Positions 1-6,936 of a stretch of DNA of 64,000 nt are shown piece after piece. The notes beneath the pieces were generated by a model that saw only the letters and a list, made by a program, of their open reading frames with translations, made no database searches and was not told the origin of the DNA. How positions within the stretch are numbered: position 1 is the stretch's first letter; every line of letters starts with the position of its first letter. A program made the translations under genes and the position numbers. The stretch comes from an uncultured virus (IMG/VR IMGVR_UViG_3300044679_000029) (taxonomy: Duplodnaviria; Heunggongvirae; Uroviricota; Caudoviricetes): IMG/VR virus record IMGVR_UViG_3300044679_000029, positions 32,001 to 96,000 of that record. One strand, given 5' to 3'.

Positions 1-161
1 TTTTCTAGGTGAATGCTAAACTTGGAACCAGCAATAGGAAAAGCTGCCTGGATACCCTCCAGGAGTTTTGTTCTTAATTGCTTGCGGTGTTCTTCGGCCG
101 GAAGAGATAGGGCTTCGAGAATCATGACTAATTATAGCCTTGGTCGGATAAGGGTGGAATG

Positions 162-171
162 TGGTATAAGA
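162..171 (+). promoter_or_regulatory. TGGTATAAGA promoter-like motif (extended -10)
   Basis: Same 10-mer at 351, 4248, 22135 and 57734, each upstream of + strand gene clusters. Confidence 0.6.
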
Positions 172-214
172 GATATGGTATACTGCAATATAACCATTCA
201 CCAAGGAGAATGCA

Positions 215-331
215 ATGTATTTTACTCTCGTAGCCTGTGTTGCTGTTGGCTGTCTTCCTGTAATCTGTGAGGGCATCAAGTGGTATTGGAAAACCGGTTT
301 TGCCTATATCTTCGACGGATTCGGCGATTAA
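215..331 (+). CDS. small hydrophobic hypothetical protein (MYFTLVACVAVG...)
   Basis: AAGGAG RBS upstream; follows promoter motif; 38 aa. Confidence 0.5.
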   Translation: MYFTLVACVAVGCLPVICEGIKWYWKTGFAYIFDGFGD

Positions 332-350
332 GCAATTAATCACCGTTTTA

Positions 351-360
351 TGGTATAAGA
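351..360 (+). promoter_or_regulatory. TGGTATAAGA promoter-like motif
   Basis: Repeated motif upstream of the small-gene operon. Confidence 0.6.
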
Positions 361-402
361 TATAGACATCTAAACCCCCATTTTCAGCCGGAGACCCCAA
401 AC

Positions 403-558
403 ATGGAAAAGCTCAAGAAGGCAGTCAACCGAACGGTTCGCGCGGCCCTGTTCACAATAGCGTTTTACACAATCTCATTCGGAGTAGCGTACGCTGTAAC
501 TGCGGCGTATGACAAACTATTCACCCCCAAATCCAAGGATAAGGAGAGCCGAAAATGA
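403..558 (+). CDS. small membrane protein (MEKLKKAVNR...)
   Basis: GGAG RBS, one hydrophobic segment, ATGA overlap with next gene. Confidence 0.6.
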   Translation: MEKLKKAVNRTVRAALFTIAFYTISFGVAYAVTAAYDKLFTPKSKDKESRK

Positions 559-695
559 TGAAGCTCGCAGATGCAATAGTCAAGACAGCCGTTGACACGT
601 TGTGTCTGATCGTCGCTGGCGCTTTCGTAATTGCACTCCTTGATTCTGAGGAAACAGAAGAAGATTCTTCTCCAGCCAAGCCGGAGGTTCATTAA
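555..695 (+). CDS. small membrane protein (MMKLADAIVK...)
   Basis: AAGGAG RBS, hydrophobic segment, acidic tail. Confidence 0.6.
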   Translation: MMKLADAIVKTAVDTLCLIVAGAFVIALLDSEETEEDSSPAKPEVH

Positions 696-696
696 C

Positions 697-1011
697 ATGC
701 AATACCAGGGTTGGAATGACTACTGGGTCATTCAGAGAAATCGCAAGTTCACGCAGTGGCTAAGCATTCTTCTTGCGGTCATTGCGCTGGTCATGTGCGC
801 GTTTGTAGCAAAGCGCGCACGCGCAGCAGAACCAGATGCCGCCGTAATGTTGCGACCTTGGCAATTCTGCCGTCGTCGCGTCGACAAGTATTCTCACAGG
901 CGAAAGTGGTGCTGGAACACCGACATCTGCTATAAATCACGCCAGATCTGCAACCGCTCTTTGACCGAGCAACTGCAATTTGAGCGTAGTACGGGTGCCA
1001 AAACCAGGTGA
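697..1011 (+). CDS. hypothetical membrane/secreted protein
   Basis: GGAGG RBS before ATG 697; TM segment; Cys-containing C-terminus. Confidence 0.6.
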   Translation: MQYQGWNDYWVIQRNRKFTQWLSILLAVIALVMCAFVAKRARAAEPDAAVMLRPWQFCRRRVDKYSHRRKWCWNTDICYKSRQICNRSLTEQLQFERSTGAKTR

Positions 1012-1298
1012 ACCCTCAACCAGGAGTACACTTGAAAAGATCAATACATAGCAGAGCAGAAGTGGATGAAATCATCGTTAGAACGTGTCGCATGGAATCA
1101 CAGGTAGAACTGTTGGTGATCCAAATTGAGGAAGCCAAAATAGAACTACCATTCTTGCCGCCGATGCTACAGGCGAGAACCCTCCAAAATATCATTCAAT
1201 GGCAGAGTGCTATTTCGGATGTAGAGCGAACCATTGCTCGGGCAAAAAAGGCGCTAGTAATGATAATAGCGTCGAACAAGGACGTAGCGCGCGCATGA
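1008..1298 (+). CDS. hypothetical protein
   Basis: GTGA overlap with upstream gene; tightly packed operon. Confidence 0.6.
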   Translation: MNPQPGVHLKRSIHSRAEVDEIIVRTCRMESQVELLVIQIEEAKIELPFLPPMLQARTLQNIIQWQSAISDVERTIARAKKALVMIIASNKDVARA

Positions 1299-1483
1299 GT
1301 AGAAGCAGTCGAAAGAAAGAAGATGCGAAGGTTCTTTGTTGGTACGTTCGGAGGCACCTCGGACGGAAGCACGATACCGACCTGTATATAAGAGCGGTAT
1401 TTGCCATCCACGAGTTCAGGGCTAAGTACCCTGAAGTTCGTGTTGAGGAGATAGCTAAGTATGGCGACAAAGCTGGCAGTTAA
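1295..1483 (+). CDS. hypothetical protein
   Basis: ATGA overlap; operon packing. Confidence 0.5.
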   Translation: MSRSSRKKEDAKVLCWYVRRHLGRKHDTDLYIRAVFAIHEFRAKYPEVRVEEIAKYGDKAGS

Positions 1484-1676
1484 CGTACACGACGACAGCT
1501 GTATTTCCTGCAAGAAGCCCGTCGATCCCTCGAAGCAACGACAGGCTTTCATCCACGATCACTGCGAGCCAATTCAATTTTGGCCAAAGTGGCGGCGAGA
1601 GCAGGTTTTCGTAGACCGCGAGAAGGTTCTCGCCAATCGGGCGAAGAAGCTCGCTTCAGCAGAGGCATCTCGGTAG
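1461..1676 (+). CDS. hypothetical Zn-binding protein
   Basis: CxxC...HxxC; GAGGAG RBS. Confidence 0.6.
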   Translation: MATKLAVNVHDDSCISCKKPVDPSKQRQAFIHDHCEPIQFWPKWRREQVFVDREKVLANRAKKLASAEASR

Positions 1677-1811
1677 ATGTGGGTGAGGACGCTGTGGGTC
1701 TTTGCGTCCCATCCTGTTTCAAAGAAGTTACTTCTCGTGCTCGGAACTGCGACGAAAAAGGCGCTCGGGTTCTGAACACACTGGTAGCAAACCCCAATCG
1801 GGAAGGCATTT

Positions 1812-2036
1812 ATGGGCAGAAAGCTTTTGAGGTTTCTCGACGAGTTGAACGCAAAATCAGCGGACCGTCTCCCCGAACACACGATAGCAAGATTCATCCG
1901 GGAAGCAGTTGGGACTGATTCACCCGTCGATAATGCAGAGCTTGATGCACAGCTGGATCAGCTGATTGGGCTTGCAAAGCAGGCCCGAAATCAGCTGAAA
2001 TCTAAGCACAAGGAAAACGCAGAATATGAGAATTAG
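1812..2036 (+). CDS. hypothetical protein
   Basis: RBS-like GGAAGG; overlaps S12 start. Confidence 0.55.
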   Translation: MGRKLLRFLDELNAKSADRLPEHTIARFIREAVGTDSPVDNAELDAQLDQLIGLAKQARNQLKSKHKENAEYEN

Positions 2037-2439
2037 TCAGTTGGTCCGTTTGGGCCGAAAGAAAGTCCACAAGAAGAGCAAGTCGCCTGCATTGATGGGC
2101 AGCCCACAACTCAGCGGGACTGTTCTCCAAAGCAAGGTCATGAAGCCAAAGAAGCCGAATAGCGCAAATCGTCACATCGCGCGCATCCGACTGAGTAATG
2201 GCCGTGAAGTCACCGCTTACTGCGGTGGAGAGAACTCCAACGTGCAAGAGCACGCTCACGTTCTCGTTCGCGGTGGCCGAGTCCCGGATTTGCCGGGTGT
2301 GAAGTATCACATCGTACGCGGCGCTTTGGATTATTCCGGCGCCAATTGCATGAGCAAGTGCACCGCTGAACCCGGCAACGCTGGTGACAAGAAGATGCGT
2401 AACCAGGGCCGGTCGAAGTACGGTGTGAAGGCTCATTAA
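2026..2439 (+). CDS. rpsL: ribosomal protein S12 (uS12) homolog, divergent
   Basis: [46 protein letters not shown] and RSKYGVK motifs of S12. Confidence 0.95.
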   Translation: MRISQLVRLGRKKVHKKSKSPALMGSPQLSGTVLQSKVMKPKKPNSANRHIARIRLSNGREVTAYCGGENSNVQEHAHVLVRGGRVPDLPGVKYHIVRGALDYSGANCMSKCTAEPGNAGDKKMRNQGRSKYGVKAH

Positions 2440-2444
2440 CAGAT

Positions 2445-2499
2445 TGACAAACAAGCGGACCGTAGGCTTAGAAGTAGCCATCGGTCCGCTTGTTTGTCA
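2445..2499 (+). terminator. 18-bp perfect stem-loop after rpsL (terminator or processing site)
   Basis: TGACAAACAAGCGGACCG (2445-2462) pairs with CGGTCCGCTTGTTTGTCA (2482-2499). Confidence 0.6.
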
Positions 2500-2849
2500 T
2501 GTTGTCTTGTGGACACACTAACCAAGGAATAGCAATATGTCAACCAAAGTAATCGAAGCCGAGATAGTACAACCGTCGTAAAGCCGGAGTTGATCGACAA
2601 CCGCGTGACGCGAGGCAAGCTCGGAGCGTTCAAGAACAGCCTCAAGGGTGGCGCCGCGCAGTTGGCACTTCCTCCCGCGAAGAAGAACAAGAAGACTAAG
2701 TAACACCTTGTGGGCACACCAGAAACAAACTAGACCACTTGGGGATGAGTCGGCTAATCCATAGCGTCTATCTCGCATCTGGTCATTTAAAGTGCTGGTC
2801 ACTGCCCCACGTTTTATGCCCCGTCGTAACACCAACCAAGGAGAACACA

Positions 2850-3062
2850 ATGTCGCTAGACACAGAGCCACTCGTATTCGATGTGCTTGGCCCGGATGGC
2901 GAGCCAGTTCAATTCGAAAGAGCACATAGCATTCCGCTGCGCGTCACTGAGAATGAATTGACGTGGCTGTTTGCTGTCGTGAAGAAGCACGATCCAAAAG
3001 GGCAAATGGAGAGCATCCATGAGCAGCTCTTGGCTCAACTCACAAGGTGGTCGAGCCTGTAA
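2850..3062 (+). CDS. hypothetical protein
   Basis: AAGGAG RBS before ATG 2850. Confidence 0.65.
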   Translation: MSLDTEPLVFDVLGPDGEPVQFERAHSIPLRVTENELTWLFAVVKKHDPKGQMESIHEQLLAQLTRWSSL

Positions 3063-3070
3063 TTAAGGTC

Positions 3071-3157
3071 GGGCCTGTGGCGAAACTGGTAGACGCACTG
3101 GACTCAAAATCCGGCGCCCTTCGATAAGGCATCTCGGTTCGAGTCCGAGCGGGCCCA
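3071..3157 (+). tRNA. tRNA-Leu(CAA)
   Basis: GGGCCTG/CGGGCCC acceptor stem, TGGTAGAC D arm, CTGGA-CT CAA AA-TCCGG anticodon arm, long variable arm, GGTTCGAGTCC T arm. Confidence 0.93.
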
Positions 3158-3169
3158 TAAGGAGATAAC

Positions 3170-3466
3170 ATGCAACAAGTTTTCATCGTAATTGGTTCTA
3201 CCGGCGAGTATGACGACCATACTGAATGGACGGTAGCGGCGTACGCGACGGAGATCGAAGCAACTTGGCATGCGCGCAAAGCTGAGATGTGGGCGGATGC
3301 TAATGCGGAACAGTTTAGGGAACATAGTTGCTCTTGTAGTCCACTAGTAAATCCGTACGACGAGGATATGCAAATGGATTACAGCGGCACTAGCTATTCT
3401 GTTCAGGGGCCGCTCGCTATTCTAACGCGGAAACAAACTGAGGACCGCGTTAAGGGAATAACATGA
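3170..3466 (+). CDS. hypothetical phage protein
   Basis: AAGGAG RBS; 98 aa. Confidence 0.7.
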   Translation: MQQVFIVIGSTGEYDDHTEWTVAAYATEIEATWHARKAEMWADANAEQFREHSCSCSPLVNPYDEDMQMDYSGTSYSVQGPLAILTRKQTEDRVKGIT

Positions 3467-3599
3467 AAATCATCTGCGACAGGAACACGAAATGACAACG
3501 GTAGAAATAACAAAAACGACATCGAAGTCGCTCTGAGCAGGGCCACCGAAGGAAACGTTACAATTTATGTCGACGATCTTGTTCGACTAGGAGACTAAA

Positions 3600-4232
3600 A
3601 TGAAATGGTTCTCAGAAGTAAAACCACTCGGGGACATTCGTCTCCCGGCTTTCATGGGTATCAGAATTCAGATGATGCCCGTGATTCTGGGCTACATGGA
3701 TAGCATTCCGTACGAGCTTCGGCACTTTCGAGAGACCATTCTCAGAATATTCTGCTTGATGGATCAGAAGCACATCGGACAGACTGGCTACTTGACCATC
3801 GATGAGAAGTTCGTCAGATTCGGTCAATTCCACCGGCGGTCGGGTTTGCACGTCGATGCTGGTGGGTGGGGTGGCAGTGGACCAAGGCATCCCGCCGCGA
3901 GCGCAGACAATGGCATGATCGTGACGCAGAGCCACGAGCACACTGTTGCCTACCACCAAGCATTCGAAGGTGAGATTGGTGAAGAGGGTGATTGCAAGTG
4001 TTTGCGTCGACAGGCAATAGCACCGAATCCTCTCAAGGCTTTCAAAGCCTACTGGCTCAGTGGGCTGACAGTCCACGGACACATCTCGCCAATGCTTCAA
4101 GACACAGCACGGCAATTCGTGCGACTGAGTTTGCCGTCTGACGCGCCGTGGTTTGACGGCTACACCGAAAACCCTTTGGGCGTCAAACCTACAGGTCCGG
4201 TGCTACCAAGACGCAAGTTCATGGATTTGTGA
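3600..4232 (+). CDS. putative 2OG-Fe(II) oxygenase-like phage protein
   Basis: HRRSGLHVD (HxD), later H (TVHG) and RQFVRL. Confidence 0.55.
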   Translation: MKWFSEVKPLGDIRLPAFMGIRIQMMPVILGYMDSIPYELRHFRETILRIFCLMDQKHIGQTGYLTIDEKFVRFGQFHRRSGLHVDAGGWGGSGPRHPAASADNGMIVTQSHEHTVAYHQAFEGEIGEEGDCKCLRRQAIAPNPLKAFKAYWLSGLTVHGHISPMLQDTARQFVRLSLPSDAPWFDGYTENPLGVKPTGPVLPRRKFMDL

Positions 4233-4241
4233 TTTCGGGTC

Positions 4242-4257
4242 AAAATCTGGTATAAGA
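4242..4257 (+). promoter_or_regulatory. AAAATCTGGTATAAGA promoter motif
   Basis: Identical 16-mer at 22129 and 57728. Confidence 0.7.
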
Positions 4258-4259
4258 TA

Positions 4260-4910
4260 TTGATCCGCGAATCATCGCTTCGCGATGCATGAGGCGGTAG
4301 ATCAATCCTGGTCTGGATAGTTCCAGGACCTTGGGTCTATCGCCTCACGTTAACTCTGGGCCTGTAAGCGTGTGTGCCAGCACAGTATGAGAACATCCGG
4401 TCGTTACAGCCGGTTAGGGACCAGTGACCCCCGGACATTGGTCCGGGGATAGGCCTGATGTAACCTCCGTCGCTGGCTTGGCGACGAACCTGAAATGCGT
4501 GCTCATTTGTGGGCCGCTGATTGTAAGGGACAAGTCAAACCACTTGGCTGCGGGTCGCCACCGCGGTGTTTCGAGAATTATAAGTGGGCCAGGGTTTCTC
4601 GTTACCTGGCACTTTTCAAACTGCCCGGCCGAAACGAGACCGGTTTAAAGTGTTCGCGAACTTCAGATCAGTTGGGACTGAACTAGTTCCCAGGTCAAGT
4701 CGCGATCTAAAAATCTCCTACAAAAAGCCCGATCCTGCAAGACCGGGTAATAAAAAGGAGTAGCCTTGCAGGGCGTTTAACGGGATGACGTAAATCGGGC
4801 GCGCGAGGCTGATACCTTGCGATGCTGACAGAATACGAAAACTCTCGTCAGGTTTGTGCTCTGGACCCATGGGTGGACGCCGGGGCACAAACCTGCTGTG
4901 TTCTTCGCAG
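4260..4910 (+). ncRNA. candidate large structured RNA / leader
   Basis: No credible ORF; successive hairpins e.g. 4290-4347, 4429-4448, 4468-4486, 4851-4893; starts right after the promoter motif. Confidence 0.55.
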
Positions 4911-4941
4911 CACAAACCCGTAGCAAGAAAGAGGCAATCAC

Positions 4942-5127
4942 ATGAGAACCGTTGAGTACTACTCCAAACTGAACGCGATCTGTGCTGAGTACTGCCCCAA
5001 GCTGGACGCGTGCGACGCTGAGTCCTGCTCCAAACTGAACGCGCTCAAAGCCGAGTTCAAGTCCAAGCTGGACGCGCTCGACGCTGAGTCCCACCTCAAC
5101 CAGCCCGCCGTCAGCACAAACCCGTAG
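4942..5127 (+). CDS. 11-mer repeat mini-protein 1
   Basis: GAAAGAGG RBS; SKLxAxxAEYx repeats. Confidence 0.75.
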   Translation: MRTVEYYSKLNAICAEYCPKLDACDAESCSKLNALKAEFKSKLDALDAESHLNQPAVSTNP

Positions 5128-5145
5128 CAAGAAAGAGGCAATCAC

Positions 5146-5382
5146 ATGAGAACCGTTGACAAATTCAATTCCAATGAGTACTGCTCCAAGCTGGACGCGA
5201 TCAATGCTGAGCGCGACTCCAAGCTGGACGCGATCAATGCTGAGTACTTCTCCAAGCTGGACGCGATCAATGCTGAGCGCGACTCCAAGCTGGACGCGAT
5301 CAGTGCTGAGCGCGACTCCAAGCTGGACGCGCTCGACGCTGAGTACCACCTCAACGAGCCCGCCGTCAGCACAAACCCGTAG
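5146..5382 (+). CDS. 11-mer repeat mini-protein 2
   Basis: Same RBS and repeats. Confidence 0.75.
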   Translation: MRTVDKFNSNEYCSKLDAINAERDSKLDAINAEYFSKLDAINAERDSKLDAISAERDSKLDALDAEYHLNEPAVSTNP

Positions 5383-5400
5383 CAAGAAAGAGGCAATCAC

Positions 5401-5817
5401 ATGAAAACCTTTGTTGACGAAATCAAGTCCAAGATGAACGCGTTCAGTGCTGAGTACTTCTCCAAGCTGGACGCGCGCGACGCTGAGTACAAGTCCAGGC
5501 TGGACGCGATCAGTGCTGAGTACAAGTCCAAGGCTGAGTTCAAGTCCAAGCGGAACGCGATCAATGCTGCGTACGACTCCAAGCGGAACGCGATCAACGC
5601 TGGGTACTTCTCCAAGCTGAACGCGTTCAGAGCCGAGTGCAGGTCCAAGCTGAACGCGCTCAGTGCTGAGTACGACTCCAAGCTGAACGCGATCAACGCT
5701 GGGTACTTCTCCAAGCTGAACGCGTTCAGAGCCGAGTGCAGGTCCAAGCTGAACGCGCTCAGTGCTGAGTACTTCCCCAAGCTGGAAGCGCTCATTGCTG
5801 AGTACCACCTCAACTAG
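5401..5817 (+). CDS. 11-mer repeat mini-protein 3
   Basis: Same RBS and repeats; longest copy. Confidence 0.75.
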   Translation: MKTFVDEIKSKMNAFSAEYFSKLDARDAEYKSRLDAISAEYKSKAEFKSKRNAINAAYDSKRNAINAGYFSKLNAFRAECRSKLNALSAEYDSKLNAINAGYFSKLNAFRAECRSKLNALSAEYFPKLEALIAEYHLN

Positions 5818-5859
5818 CCCGCCGTCAGCACAAACCCGTAGCAAGAAAGAGGCAATCAC

Positions 5860-6024
5860 ATGAGAACCGTTGACAAATTCAATTCCAAGCTGTACGCGCT
5901 CGGTGCTGAGTACGACTCCAAGCTGTACGCGATCAACGCTGAGTACAGATCCAAGCTGAACGCGATCAATGCTGAGTACTTATCCAAGCTGAAAGCGCTC
6001 GACGCTGAGTCCCACCTCAACTAG
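5860..6024 (+). CDS. 11-mer repeat mini-protein 4 (54 aa, not in ORF track)
   Basis: MRTVDKFNSKLYALGAEYDSKLYAINAEY...HLN*; same RBS. Confidence 0.75.
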   Translation: MRTVDKFNSKLYALGAEYDSKLYAINAEYRSKLNAINAEYLSKLKALDAESHLN

Positions 6025-6066
6025 CCCGCCGTCAGCACAAACCCGTAGCAAGAAAGAGGCAATCAC

Positions 6067-6348
6067 ATGAGAACCGTTGACAAATTCAATTCCAAACTGA
6101 ACGCGATCAGTGCTGAGTCCAGGATAAACGCGATCAGTGCTGAGTACGACTCCGAGCTGAACGCGATCAATGCTGAGTACTGCTCCAAGATGAACGCGCT
6201 CAGTGCTGAGTACTGCTCCGAGCTGGACGCGTGCGACGCTGGTCACTGCTCCAAACTGAACGCGCTCAAAGCCGAGCTCAAGTCCGAGCTGGACGCGCTC
6301 GACGCTGAGTCCCACCTCAACCAGCCCGCCGTCAGCACAAACCCGTAG
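6067..6348 (+). CDS. 11-mer repeat mini-protein 5
   Basis: Same RBS and repeats. Confidence 0.75.
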   Translation: MRTVDKFNSKLNAISAESRINAISAEYDSELNAINAEYCSKMNALSAEYCSELDACDAGHCSKLNALKAELKSELDALDAESHLNQPAVSTNP

Positions 6349-6362
6349 CTCAAACCGGAGGT

Positions 6363-6572
6363 GTGCAAGTGATAATCAAGCCGAATCAGTTGACTCCCAT
6401 CCCAGAGGGCATCAAGATCAAGAAGATTTCGGCAGGCGAAACCAGCGGAGTCTTCTTTGTGATCAGCCACATCACAAGGTTCATGTCGCGGGAAAACAAG
6501 AATTCGCGGCGTAAGCCAGACCAGTATCAGCCCAGAAATCTCTCGGGCTTCGATCCGGTCGAGAGCGAATAA
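6363..6572 (+). CDS. hypothetical protein
   Basis: GGAGG upstream (start may be GTG 6369); follows the array. Confidence 0.5.
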   Translation: MQVIIKPNQLTPIPEGIKIKKISAGETSGVFFVISHITRFMSRENKNSRRKPDQYQPRNLSGFDPVESE

Positions 6573-6724
6573 TCTTCTAGACTTTCTCCCGGGCTAAGGT
6601 CATGCCTGGTAATGGCCCTAATTAGTCAATGCGGGCTAGAAAGCGGGAATCCCATGAAGTGGACCTAGCGATCCGACAATCTAATGCATAGATTAGCACT
6701 AGAATAACTCTGAGAAAACTGTGA

Positions 6725-6837
6725 GCCCACAAGAAGATATCTTCTTGTATATACGTTTATAACCCCCCAATCTGACAGAAATTGTCGGAACGGCAATGGG
6801 AATAAACGTGTATACGTGAGGATATCTTCTTGTGGGC
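6725..6837. repeat. long imperfect inverted repeat with internal 20-bp palindrome
   Basis: GCCCACAAGAAGATATCTT...TATACGTTTAT versus ATAAACGTGTATAC...GATATCTTCTTGTGGGC. Confidence 0.85.
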
Positions 6838-6861
6838 AATTAAGATTTGTCGGTTTTTAGG

Positions 6862-6890
6862 TTGACTTCCTATAACATCTGAATTATACT
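6862..6890 (+). promoter_or_regulatory. sigma70-type promoter
   Basis: TTGACT-17-TATACT upstream of portal. Confidence 0.7.
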
Positions 6891-6936
6891 AGACATGATT
6901 AGCGGAACTATAATTTAGTACTAGGAAGACAAACTA

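Larger units (their letters stand above)
4908..6349 (+). repeat. tandem array of five mini-gene cassettes with constant linker and internal 33-bp repeats
   Basis: CAGCACAAACCCGTAGC(AAGAAAGAGGCAATCACATGA) six times (last partial); TCCAAGCTGnACGCGnTCnnnGCTGAGTAC units. Confidence 0.95.

Noticed and set aside
2026-2439. Host str-operon contamination
   Set aside because: No rpsG/fusA/rpoC neighbours; the gene overlaps a phage ORF and is divergent.
4260-4910. RNase P, tmRNA, group I/II intron or hammerhead ribozyme
   Set aside because: Their conserved signatures were not recognisable; CTGATGT at 4455 does not match the CUGAUGA core.
4777-5859. 360-aa minus-strand ORF and other antisense ORFs over the array
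   Set aside because: Shadow of the stop-free 33-bp repeat; RBS and promoter support the + strand.
4908-6349. CRISPR array
   Set aside because: Intervening segments are 130-400 bp, similar to each other and coding; the repeat carries RBS and ATG; no cas operon. The Cas4-like genes are typical stand-alone phage nucleases.
6725-6837. Retron msd or MITE
   Set aside because: No reverse transcriptase, transposase or target-site duplication visible in the window.
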